Source of the DNA: Octopus bimaculoides
Taxonomy: Eukaryota
Direction of reading: 5' to 3'
DNA: 44,897 nucleotides
Assembly: GCF_001194135.2 (NCBI RefSeq)
Contig: NC_068997.1
Coordinates: forward strand, 35,295,782-35,340,678
Shown here: piece by piece, positions 11,031 through 22,321 of the stretch
Position numbering within the stretch: the first letter of the stretch is position 1
How the letters are laid out: every line of letters begins with the position of its first letter
Notes under the pieces: generated by a model
Told to the model about the DNA's origin: nothing
Seen by the model: the letters and a program-made list of their open reading frames with translations, nothing else
Databases searched by the model: none
Position numbers and translations under genes: made by a program

Positions 11031-12944
11031 ATCGTTTAATGTTTGCCTTCCATGCTAGCATGGGTTGGGCGATTTGACTAAGGACTAGCGAACTAGACGG
11101 TTGCACCAGGCTCCAATCTGATCTGGCAGAGTTTCTGCAGCTGGATGCCCTTCCTAACGCCAACCACTCCAAGAGTGTAGTGGGTGCTTTTACGTGCCAC
11201 CAGCATGAGGGCCAATCACGCGGTACTGGCAACGGCCATGCTCAAAATGGTGTTTTTTTACATGCCACCTGCACAGGAGTCAGTCCAGCGGCACTGGCAA
11301 CGACCTCACTCGAATGTTTTTTCATGTGCCAGTAAGTCAATGCTGGTAACGTTCACGCTCAAATGGTGCTATTTACGTGCCACTGGCATGGAAGCCAGAC
11401 TGCTGCTCTGGCAATGATCACACTCGGACGGTGCTCTTAGCACTCCACTGGTACAGGTGCCAGTCATAGAATTTGGTTCAATCACGATTTCGATTTCACT
11501 TGCCCCAACAGGTCTTCGCAAGCCGAGTTTAGTGTCCAATGAAGGAGAGGTTGGCATGGGTGCCAGTCATCAAATTTGGATCGATTTCATTTACCTCAAC
11601 AAGTCTTTGCAAACAGAGTTTAGTGTCCAATGAAGGAAAGGTACACATAAGTGGGCTGGCTACACCCTTGGCAGAGGCCTCGGATTATGGTCTCACTTGG
11701 CTTGCCGAGTCTTCTCACGCACTGTATATTTCCAAAGGTCTCGATCACAAGTCACTGCCTCGGTGAGGCCTACTGTTTGAAGGTCGTGCTTCACCACCTC
11801 ATCCCAGGTCTTCCTGGGTCTACTTCTTCCACAGGTTCCCTCAACTGCTAGGGTGTGGCACTTTTTCACACAGCTATCCTCATTCATTCTTGCTACATGA
11901 CCACACCAGCGCAATCGTCTCTCTTGCACATCACAACTGATGCTTCTTAGGTCCAAGTTTTCTCTCAAGGTATTTACACTCTGTTGAGTATGCACACTGA
12001 TATTACTCATCCATCGGAGCATACTGGCTTCATTCCTTGCAAGCTTACACATGTCCTCAGCTGTCACAGCCCATGTTTCACTGCTATGTAGCATGGCTGT
12101 TTGTACACATGCGTCATACAGTCTGCCTTTTACTCTGAGTGAGAGGCCCTTTGTCACCAGCAGAGGTAAGAGCTCTCTGAACTTTGCCCAGGCTATTCTT
12201 ATTCTAGCAGCTACACTTTCAGCACACCCTCCCCTGCTACTGACTTGGTCACCTAGATAACGGAAGCTATCAACTATGTCTNNNNNNNNNNNNNNNNNNN
12301 NNNNNNNNNNNNNNNNNNNNNNNNNNNNNNNNNNNNNNNNNNNNNNNNNNNNNNNNNNNNNNNNNNNNNNNNNNNNNNNNNNNNNNNNNNNNNNNNNNNN
12401 NNNNNNNNNNNNNNNNNNNNNNNNNNNNNNNNNNNNNNNNNNNNNNNNNNNNNNNNNNNNNNNNNNNNNNNNNNNNNNNNNNNNNNNNNNNNNNNNNNNN
12501 NNNNNNNNNNNNNNNNNNNNNNNNNNNNNNNNNNNNNNTTGGTTTTAGCAAGGTTGACTCTAAGGCCCTTCGATTCTAGTCCTTGTTTCCACACCTGAAA
12601 CTTCTCCTCTAGTTCTGATAGTGATTCAGCAATTAGCACAAGGTCATCAGCATAGAGGAGCTCCCAGGGGCATCCTGTCTTGAATTCCTCTGTTATTGCC
12701 TGGAGGACTATGATAAATAGGAGGGGGCTGAAGACTGAACCTTGGTGGACCCCTACCTCTACCCGGAATTCTTCACTGTACTCATTGCCAACCCACATTT
12801 TACTGACAGCATCCCTGTACATGGCTCGCACAGTTGCCACGAACCATTCATCTATCCCTAGTTTCCTCAGTGATCACCAGATAGGGGATCGGGGGACCCT
12901 GTCAAAGGCTTTCTCCATGTCAACGAAAGGGAATGGGGGACCCT
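11031..12944 (-). mobile_element. RTE-clade LINE (RT to 3' UTR), spanning an assembly gap
   Basis: GVHQGSVFSPLLF, ELLYADDLVL, GLRVNLAKT, GRLYDACVQTAMLHSSETW, KTWDEVVKHDL; 3' UTR with internal degenerate repeats 11190-11640. Confidence 0.9.
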
Positions 12945-12945
12945 A

Positions 12946-12994
<49 letters not shown>

Positions 12995-13024
12995 TACATA
13001 CATACATACATACGTGTGTGTGCA
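12946..13024. repeat. Compound (TA)n(CA)n(TACA)n microsatellite
   Basis: Direct reading. Confidence 0.9.
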
Positions 13025-13091
13025 TATATAACAGAAACACAAAATTTTGATACATTGTAGTGATAACACTTGCCATTTTATATTTACATAA

Positions 13092-13097
13092 TTTATT
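13092..13097 (-). terminator. PEX10: Putative PEX10 polyadenylation signal AATAAA
   Basis: TTTATT on plus, ~26 nt after the stop codon, followed on minus by GT/T-rich sequence. Confidence 0.4.
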
Positions 13098-13122
13098 ACA
13101 TAGAAATGTTAGAATTTCGGTG

Positions 13123-13194
13123 TCAAAAGTCATAATTTTGGAGATAAATAAGACGACAACTCAGAAGTTTTTCTCTGCATAATGGGCATTCCCC
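13123..13194 (-). CDS. PEX10: PEX10 last coding exon
   Basis: Acceptor ttacctttag; [23 protein letters not shown] completes the RING (cf. human [22 protein letters not shown]). Confidence 0.93.
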   Translation of the reverse strand, partial: [23 protein letters not shown]

Positions 13195-14312
13195 CTAAAG
13201 GTAACAGAAACAAACATCTATATTAAATTTGTATCAAAAATTAGTTGGGAGAAACAGTTCAAACAATGGATTAAATTAAAATTTGCCACAAGGAAGAGAA
13301 ATTTAATGCATTGAACAGGCCTGTAAGTTACAGAGATGTTTTCTAATAATAATGAATAAATTGATGAAACACATATACTGATTGAGGTTGATAGATTGTA
13401 AAAAAAATCCAAGATACTCACTCTTTGTCTATTTAATTGAAATACCAATGACTGGAATAAAGGTTATGCAATCTAATCCAATGGTTTAAAGATTTGTTCC
13501 ACAACCACCAATGTCAGCTTTAATCCTACTGCATGGCACTTGGATAAGTGTGTTCTACTGTAGCCTAGACTTGACCACTACTTTGTGAGTGAAATTTGGT
13601 AGGTGGAAACTGTGAAAGCCCATCATATGTGTATATGTGTGTGCATGTGCATATGAGTATGCGTGTATGTTTGTATGTGTGTGTCTTTCTGTATGAGTAC
13701 ATATTGGCTAGGGATTGTTGATGAATCACATCAAGCAAATATATTGTGACATATATTACCTGCAAGTTACAACCCTTCATAATGAAGAAGACAACATACT
13801 AGGACTAGGGCCTAACACTAAAGCCGCTAGAGATGGTACTACAGTATGGTTGTGTTTTTCTTCTCAGAGTCAGCCTACACATATCTGCACTTTTTTTTTT
13901 TTTTTGCAGTCATTTTACACCAGTTTTGGAGAGTCTGCAAAGGCCTAAGTACAGTTTGTTCATCCAGACCAACAGCAAACATTTTTAAAATTAATTAATC
14001 AAAAATTAAAAAACATAATTCCTTCAAATCTATCTTACTAAAAAGGACACACTAAATAATGCAATCCTAGAGAGACTATGTATGACAATGACTCACTGAA
14101 TAACTTAAACCAAATTACACTGTATCTGAGGGAGAAATACTGAATTACTGAATAATGTAGTTGTTTAACCAGCAAAATCACAGGTGCGCTAAATTAGAGA
14201 TAATCTAGGTTAAATCATAGCAAGAATAACAACTGCAACAACAAAAATAATACAAAACAAAGAAAAAAATTTTAATTTTGAGTAAGAAGCAGCTCCATAA
14301 TGTAAACACTTT

Positions 14313-14588
14313 TAGGCTGTGGCACTTTGTGCAGAGGAAGACCCTTTAAGACAGTGTGTTAAAAAACACAGTTTACTTCAAAGCCAAGTGAAGCTAATCA
14401 TTCCAGACATGAACAAAGGGTGATTTGAGTATACAATACCGATGAGAAGAAATATTTGTAAAATATTGATTTCAGTTGTTCTTGTTCACTTCAAGGGTGA
14501 TTTGTTTTGCCTGGATTTGAAGTGTATTGTGTTTTTTAACACACACTGTCTTTAAAGGGACTTTCCCTGGATGAAATATTGCAGCCTA
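14313..14588. mobile_element. MITE with ~75-80-bp imperfect TIRs, TA-flanked
   Basis: TA|GGCTG...CAGCC|TA; arms share CCCTTTAAGACAGTGTGTTAAAAAACACA / TGTGTTTTTTAACAC..TGTCTTTAAAGGG. Confidence 0.65.
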
Positions 14589-16002
14589 AATGCATTCAAA
14601 AATATACATGCATTATGTGACATTGATAATATTTTGAAAAAAAATTGCCAACATTTGCTGTTTTGTCCTTTGTAATCACTAATGAAACAGACCATGAATG
14701 GAATGATCCAATCATTCTATTTATGACTATCTAATTTTATTTTTGACAATGTATACTAGACAACATTATCCAGTGTGTCCTTTCCTTATTTCAAATGGAA
14801 GAATGTAAAAAGAAGAAACTGAGGATAACTTGGCTGTTATTTCTAATGAATTGAGATCTAGCTTATGAGATCTACAGTTTGTTACTGTGGCAACTTCCTT
14901 CAGTCTCTGCTTCAACACCAACCTCATTCCAGAATACTGCCATATCATCCTAAAAAGACTTTCTGTCCTACACAGTCTCTGATATTACATAAACACTCAG
15001 ACAATATATAACACGACTCCAACACCAACAAGCCAATAACAGATCTTTAATATGGTGGTAAGACTGGCTAAAAACGGCAGCCAAATTTCCTAAAATCAAA
15101 CTCAACCATCTTAGAAAATGACATGCTGGATAATGTGGTACTGGGTTCTCTGCATGTAAAAAAATAAAGACTAGATGGTTATGGTGAAATGCCTGTAATC
15201 ACAGCTCTGCTGAATCAACCAAACAACAGTAAGAATAACTACACCATCCTAAATACCCTAGTCATTCCAGATATAAGTTAGAAAACAAACAATTTCCTAC
15301 TACTTTCAAAGAGCAGAGTATGGTTAACTGCTAGGTGGAGGTTTGACATATCTAGTACAGGGATTCTAAACTGTTTTCTGTATTTACTTCCTTTACAAGT
15401 TTACCATCCTCGTTTCCCTCACATCAAATGAAGTAGTCTTGTATACAATTCAATTATTGCTTAACATTAATACCCTTAAAATTATCATTAAAGAAAATAA
15501 ATCTTGCAAAAACTGTAAATAATGACAAAGAATTTTTCAACCTAAAAACAATTTCCCCATTGGAATCCCCAATTTGCCCTTGGAATCTTAAAATTTCCCT
15601 AGGCTCATTTTGAGGATTTAGAGCAATAATTCTGTGGGTTGCACCTAAAATGTTCTACTCACTACTTAGGTGGGTTCTATTAGGGTAATCTGAGGCTATA
15701 TAAGAACAAGAAATGACACATAAAACAGAGTCCTCAACATACTACATTTGAATAATAGATGGGATTGTCATGGTTGGAATATTGTGATCAGAGATTTGCT
15801 TGATCATGTCTAGCATAAAACTCAAGGAGGGATATACTGGGTAATGTAGTCCAAGATATACTATGTCTATGTATGAGTAAAAGATAGGATAGTCATGACT
15901 GGAATACTCTTGATTATGGATCTGCTTGATCAAAGCTGAACAGAGTAAAAAGCAAACTTAAAAGTAAAGAAGCTTGAGAAGTGTGACACTGCAGCCTCTT
16001 AC

Positions 16003-16138
16003 CTTGGTTTGACACCATTCCAGGATACAATTCCAACAAAAAAGATGACCACATGGTGTAACAGTTGTTTCATGACGAAGTTCTAAGCATAGAGGACACT
16101 GATGACTCGATGCAGTTGCTACAGACTTCACCTTACAA
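16003..16138 (-). CDS. PEX10: PEX10 exon, RING finger (C3HC4) main part
   Basis: ttttcag acceptor, AAG|gtaaga donor; CPLCLELRHETTVTPCGHLFCWNCILEWCQTK; phase 2 matches the upstream exon. Confidence 0.95.
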
Positions 16139-17581
16139 CTGAAAATATATAGAAGTAAATTGATATGATAAGAACCCAACAAGCATAGATGTCATATTAA
16201 CAAGTTTGCAATGCCTCCACAAACTTCCAGATGTGATGCCCAATGTGTCTTCTATCAAACTCCTTGATTGATCAATGCTTTATGAGTAAAATTTGGTGCA
16301 TGGAAACTGTGCAGAAGCTTTGTGTGTGCATGTAAACATGTGCATATATCTTTTGCTGATATCCATCATATATTATACATTGGTAAGAAAATTGATAAAA
16401 TGGTACATTCAAACAAAATACACTGTGACTATTCCACCTGAGTTGCAGAGACATTCGCTTGTCACTCTCACCAACAGGAATGCAATGGATCAGTGATTAG
16501 CCCTTTAGAAACTTATAACCAGCAACACTATCAGACACAAAATACATGATATAAAAAATATCAATAATAAAAAACAACACATTAACTTCTCAACATTACG
16601 AGTATTTCAGTTCGCACAAGGTGTACCATATCCTTGGATAAATAAGCAACTAAAAGTGTTGGTAACAAGAAAGGCAACTGATCACAAAGCACAACCTCAG
16701 AAAGCTGTCCATCACATGCTAGCATGAGAAGGCAATTATGAAATGATGATGATGAGTGATTTTTCACATAACCTAGAAATAGCAATCAAACCTTCCTCAA
16801 ATCACAATTTAAACTCTTAAATAAAGACACTAGGGCAATATAGCCTGGGCATATATAAAAAGTAGGAATAGTCATGGCTAGAATATTTTTGATCTTAGGG
16901 TCTTTTTTTCTCAATCAGGGCTGACATGGAGTTAAATAATACAACAATAAAAACAAAACAAAATAAACAATCTCATTTACAGTTTAAGCATAAACTTCAT
17001 TAACCAAGGAGAGATGAAATGAGAGTTTTATCCTGCAATAGGTTTGAACAAATGCATTAGAAATGTCCATAAATAGAGCTAGGTTAGTGGTTCCCAAATG
17101 ATACATTCCAAGAAAAGGCTAGCAATGTTACAAAAACAAAAAAATATTTTTAAAAATGTGAAAAATACCAACTGAAATTCTATATACTTTATATTATATG
17201 AAGACTTTAGTCTTAATATAACATATTACAGGAAATTGTGAAGGATAGGTAGTTAATTTTAAATACATCTAAACAGAAAACATCATGCACATGCTTCTAT
17301 TTATTAACTATGCTTCATTTATTATATAAAGAAGTAATTCCTTAATAAAATTTGTGCAGTGTAAATTATTTATATTTATACTCTAAAATATATAAATACT
17401 CTTTCTCAATATATTTTTACATTCAAAGTCACACCAAAATATGTTCACCACAAGAAAAACAAATATCTAGAAACTACTGATTTACATACTCAAATAATAC
17501 ACATCAAATCAAACTGTCAAGAAATTGCAGCAATATTCCTCAAATAACATTTTATTGTCCTAAAACAATTATATATTAGAT

Positions 17582-19046
17582 CAATAGTTCTCAACTGGGG
17601 TCCATATGACTCCTGAGGGTCCATATAAGATTTTGGGGGGTTCACACAAGCAAAATAGTCAATTGGAGCTCCACAGTTGTATTTTAGGGATCCATGAAAA
17701 AATTTTGCTTTAGATGTATTGGGTCATCCCATAAATAATGCATTTTTTCAACTGCATGAACTAAAAGTTGGAGGGGGATGGGACAAACTACCTCCATCAA
17801 CTTGCTATAAAAGCAGGTAGTAATTTTACCTTGTCCTTATTCTTAGTGCACGTTCTGAAGGGTGCAGTTCAATTTTAAGTTATTTTTTCAAAGCTATAAT
17901 GTAAGTGACAAAGGAGCATATTTGGCATATTTTTCTTTATGAGTTCAATAAAGGCAACAATACAATGGAAAATGTGAGGAATATTAATGCAATATATGGG
18001 GATCGGGCAATAAGCATAAGCCAGTGTCAACAGTGATTCCAGAAATTCCAAGCCAGAAACAACAGCTTAGAAGATGAGTCTCATACTGGAAGATGTTTAG
18101 AGCTTGACGAGGATGTCCTGCAAATCCTGGTGGAACAAAATCTGATCGTAACTGTTGAGGAACTAGTAGAGAAGTTTGGATTTGGTCATTCAACCATTCA
18201 TTGACACCTGCGTGCCATCAGAAAAGTCAGCAAATTGGGTCAATGAGTTTCTTATAAACTTTCCGAGTCTAATTGCATGCAGAGAGTGAACGTGTGCTCA
18301 TCTTTGCTGTCATGTCTCTTGAATGAACCTTTTTTGAATCGAATAGTGACTGGTGATGAGAAATGGGTCCTCTATAAAAATGTCAAGTATCCAAGACAAT
18401 GGACAGGGAAAGGAGAAACACCAGCACCCTAGGCATGACCATCTTTGATTTCAAGATGAAAGGTTTTCTTCCATCAGGATAATCGTCGACCGCATATAGC
18501 AACAACAACATTCCAAAGGCTGGAGTAGTTTGAATGGGAAACGATGTCTCTCCCACCATATTTACCAGACACTGCCTCATCTTATTATCATTTATTCCAC
18601 AGTCTACAAAATCATTAGGACGGAAAAAATATGAACTCTGTAGACAAGGTCAGAACAGTAGTGGAGGAGTATTTTTCGACACAGACAAGTGAATTTTGGA
18701 ATAAGGGCCTTGCAAGTCTACCAGATAGATGGAAGAGCATTGTAGAAAATGAAGGAAGGTATATTTTAGATTAAAAAAGAACTTCTTTATCTTAATTTTG
18801 AAAAATAAAAGAAGTATAAAAAAAACTGCATCATTTATGGGATGACCCAATATTTACTGCAAGAAAGAGCTAGGTGTTTTTCTCTAGCATTATACATAGT
18901 TTAGCCCACACGAGTTGAAAACCAAAATAGAAATTTCGAAAGAAGTATCGATAAAACTAATTTATAAACATGAAATGGCTATGGGGGTCCACCAGAGTAG
19001 AATAGTAATAAAAGGAGTCCATAGATAAAAAATGGTTGAGAACCAC
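17582..19046. mobile_element. hAT-like MITE (~330 bp) split by a mariner insertion
   Basis: Termini CAATAGTTCTCAAC / GTTGAGAACCAC; flanking 8-bp direct repeat TATTAGAT (17574-17581, 19047-19054). Confidence 0.65.
17719..18850 (+). mobile_element. Mariner (DD34D-type) transposon, decayed and internally deleted
   Basis: 24-bp TIRs TTGGGTCATCCCATAAATRATGCA (1 mismatch) with TA on both sides; FLNRIVTGDEKWVLY, PPYLPDTASSYYHLF, LPDRWKSIVENEGRY; several stops. Confidence 0.92.
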
Positions 19047-19085
19047 TATTAGATAATGCAATCCATCTGAAAAATGACTAATCAT

Positions 19086-19199
19086 GGAGTAGTTTGAATG
19101 AGAAACGATATCCCTCCCACCATATTTGCCAGACACTGCCCCATCTTATTATCATTTATTCCGCAGTCTACAAAATCATTAGGACAGAAAAAATATGAA
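19086..19199 (+). repeat. 114-bp direct duplicate of mariner segment 18522-18635
   Basis: 7 differences, all transitions; both copies share two in-frame TAG stops. Confidence 0.85.
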
Positions 19200-19203
19200 G
19201 CGC

Positions 19204-19261
19204 TGAGATGTATTGTAAGATACAGAAATAAATTTATTTCTGTATCTTACAATACATCTCA
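19204..19261. repeat. Perfect 58-bp loop-less palindrome
   Basis: TGAGATGTATTGTAAGATACAGAAATAAA|TTTATTTCTGTATCTTACAATACATCTCA. Confidence 0.95.
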
Positions 19262-19379
19262 ACGTTTCTAAAAAAAAACAAACTTTGTTTGTTTACTTTC
19301 TCAAACACGTGATAATGCTATAAACAGCGTGATCAGGATAAATTATCCATATAATGCAGAAAAATACGTATATTTGTGT

Positions 19380-19580
19380 GTGTGTGTCTGTGTTTGTCAC
19401 CTCCACCATCACTTGACAGCTGATGTTGGTGCTTACATCCCCGTAACTTAGTGGTTCAGCAAAAGAGACCAATAGAATAAGTACTACGCTTACAAAGAAC
19501 AAGTACTGGGGTCGATTTGTTTGACTAAAAGTGGTGCTCCAGCATGGCTGTAATCAAATGACTGAAACAAATAAAAGAAT
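19380..19580 (+). mobile_element. SINE 3' half
   Basis: Homologous to 20050-20250 (CAGCAAAAGAGACCAATAGAAT...AATGACTGAAACAA). Confidence 0.7.
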
Positions 19581-19589
19581 ATATATACA

Positions 19590-19742
19590 TATCATCATCA
19601 TTTAATGTCTGTCTTCCATGCATGCATGGATAGGATGGTTGACAGGAGCCGGCCGGCCAGGTAGAAGACTACCCCAGGCTACTGTCTGTTTTGGCAGGGC
19701 TTTTACGGCTGGATGCCCTTCCTAACACCAACCACTCAAATG
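19590..19742 (-). mobile_element. RTE-type 3' tail
   Basis: GGCTGGATGCCCTTCCTAAC motif and (ATC)n end on plus. Confidence 0.6.
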
Positions 19743-19865
19743 TCTAAAACCACAAACACTTTGAATTTTAATGTAAACTGGTGTTGCAAGCAGAGTTGGT
19801 GCAGAAACAATTGTAACCAATCATTTAAGATGTGTTAAAGGATTTCTATGTCTTCTTATTATACA

Positions 19866-20260
19866 GGTGAAAGCATGGCTGTGTGACAAGAAGCTTGTTT
19901 CCCAACCACATAGTTATGGGTTCAGTCCCATTGTGTGGCACCTTTAGTAAGTGTCTTCCACTATATACCAAAGCCTTGTAAGTGGATTTGGTAGAGGGAA
20001 ACTGAAAGAAAACTGTTGTGTATGTATATATATATACCAGTGTGTGCCTTTGTGTCTGTGTTTGTCCCCCACCACTGCCTGACAAACCAGTGTTGGTATA
20101 ATTTAGCAGTTCAGCAAAAGAGACCAATAGAATTAGTACCAGGGTTAAAAAAATAAGCACCAGGGTCAAATTGTTTGACTAAAATTCTTCAAGGTGGTGT
20201 ACCTACATGGCCACAGATTAATGACTGAAACAAGTAGAAAGATAGAAAGATAAAAAGATA
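19866..20260 (+). mobile_element. Near full-length tRNA-derived SINE
   Basis: tRNA-like head, central TA/TG tract, conserved 3' body, AGAT-rich tail. Confidence 0.8.
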
Positions 20261-20498
20261 CACATGCATGTGTGCATCAGTATGAATGAACAAAATCAGT
20301 CAAACAAAAATGCATAGTAGTATTTACCTCCAATATAATTATCTTCTTTCACCAAAGTGCCAGAGTTTGACATAATTAAGTAAATTTAAACTCTTAAAGG
20401 AGGTTCCCTGCAGTCTAAAGACTGAAAACAGTGAAAGAATAAAAACAGTGATTCAACAAGTGCTCCACTCCAACAGTTTTTAATTTTTATCAACTTAC

Positions 20499-20659
20499 AT
20501 AGAGAGTGGTGATGAGATAACTTTAGATTTGAGATCTTGTAAAGTCTTATGAAACTGGTAGACACTAATTAACACACCGCCAAGAAGTTGAGAAGCAGTC
20601 AACCATCCTAGGAGCCAGAATATTCCAAACCTTGTTTTTGGTTTCAAGGAAAACTGAAT
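20499..20659 (-). CDS. PEX10: PEX10 internal exon (not in the supplied ORF track)
   Basis: Long pyrimidine tract + ctgcag acceptor, gtaagt donor; IQFSLKPKTRFGIFWLLGWLTASQLLGGVLISVYQFHKTLQDLKSKVISSPLS, in frame with both neighbours (phase 0 / phase 2); aligns by eye to human SYRLLGVISLLHLVLS. Confidence 0.88.
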
Positions 20660-21146
20660 CTGCAGTAGAGAGAGAGAAAAAGAAAAATGGAGAGAATGTC
20701 ACTGTCAGGATATCCTGATGAATTGTTAAGTAACAATTCCTCAAGATCGATCAATGTTCATGGCAAGATACTGAAAAGGTATTTATGGGACTAATTTCAA
20801 ATTGAGATTAAATACAAACTGATATGAATCTGCATATTTATTTATTCATAACACTGACTGTATTGGTAAAGTAATAAACATTATAGGGTTGTTGACCATC
20901 TTTTGTTAGATACATGGATTATATTTTGTAACATATTTGCTGACATTTTAGTAACTTTCAACTGTTATCATCAGCAGCTTCGAACAGAAGAGACACTGGA
21001 TGTTGGTAAATTGATAAATAACAAAAAAACTAGTCTGTTCAATCCTCATCCAAGGCAGTTGAAAAAGTTTTCATTGGATCCAATTTCACACTAAGACTAA
21101 ATAAGCATGAACATTATGACACAGTGTGTGGGGGTGAGAAAAAGAA

Positions 21147-21185
<39 letters not shown>

Positions 21186-22029
21186 AAAGGTAAGATCCAA
21201 GGATCAAGGTGTAGGAAGTTAATGAGTTTCAAGCAATCCGAAGAAGATATAAAAAATAACTTTCAAGAACAATAGTGGTTTATTGGTACAGAAGGTTGTG
21301 AATTTTTCCCATATCAAAATACGATAAGCTGAAAAAAATTAATTTTGTAATTCACAGTTAGCAATCGGGGTTGATGTATATGTGAATAAACATTCAAAAA
21401 TGTTTTGATCGAATCCCCAACGAGTTAACACAGGTCATCCTAACAACAATGTAAAATTCATATANNNNNNNNNNNNNNNNNNNNNNNNNNNNNNNNNNNN
21501 NNNNNNNNNNNNNNNNNNNNNNNNNNNNNNNNNNNNNNNNNNNNNNNNNNNNNNNNNNNNNNNNNNNNNNNNNNNNNNNNNNNNNNNNNNNNNNNNNNNN
21601 NNNNNNNNNNNNNNNNNNNNNNNNNNNNNNNNNNNNNNNNNNNNNNNNNNNNNNNNNNNNNNNNNNNNNNNNNNNNNNNNNNNNNNNNNNNNNNNNNNNN
21701 NNNNNNNNNNNNNNNNNNNNNNNNNNNNNNNNNNNNNNNNNNNNNNNNNNNNNNNNNNNNNNNNNNNNNNNNNNNNNNNNNNNNNNNNNNNNNNNNNNNN
21801 NNNNNNNNNNNNNNNNNNNNNNNNNNNNNNNNNNNNNNNNNNNNNNNNNNNNNNNNNNNNNNNNNNNNNNNNNNNNNNNNNNNNNNNNNNNNNNNNNNNN
21901 NNNNNNNNNNNNNNNNAGTAAGAACACTACATAAAATGTGCAATGAAAATGTACTCCTCAGCTGCATAATGGAATTTCATTTTAGAAAGTCATTTTGTAG
22001 ATGTGTGCAAAAAAACAAGAGTAAGAGAA

Positions 22030-22320
22030 GAAAAAATATCAACTGGCTCCTGTGCAGGTGGCACGTAAAATACACCATTTCGAGCATGGCCATTGCCAGT
22101 ACCGCCTGACTGGCCTTCGTGCTGGTGGCATGTAAAAGCACCCACTACACTCTCGGAGTGGTTGGTGTTAGGAAGGGCATCCAGCTGTAGAAACTCTGCC
22201 AAATTAGATTGGAGCTTGGTGTAGCCACCTGGTCCACCAGTCCTCAGTCAAATTGTCCAACCCATGCTAGCATGAAAATCAATTAATGGTACAACAATGA
22301 TGATGATGATGATGATGATT
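22030..22320 (+). mobile_element. RTE 3' UTR/tail with (GAT)n end
   Basis: Reverse-complement homologue of 11031-11290. Confidence 0.75.
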
Positions 22321-22321
22321 A

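Noticed and set aside
11190-11640. Repeated ~60-100-bp units as a CRISPR-like array
   Set aside because: Degenerate internal repeats of the RTE 3' UTR; no identical repeats with unique spacers, no cas genes, eukaryotic context.
12270-12551. Poly-X ORFs here and at 21394-21967 and 41658-41855
   Set aside because: Assembly gaps (N runs), not coding sequence.
14766-14948. Possible extra PEX10 exon after ctttttag at ~14950
   Set aside because: No donor before a stop in the phase-0 frame, no similarity to PEX10, and the RING is completed by 13123-13194.
20704-20745. CTGATGA followed by a hairpin as a hammerhead
   Set aside because: No GAAA after the stem and no stem I/III.
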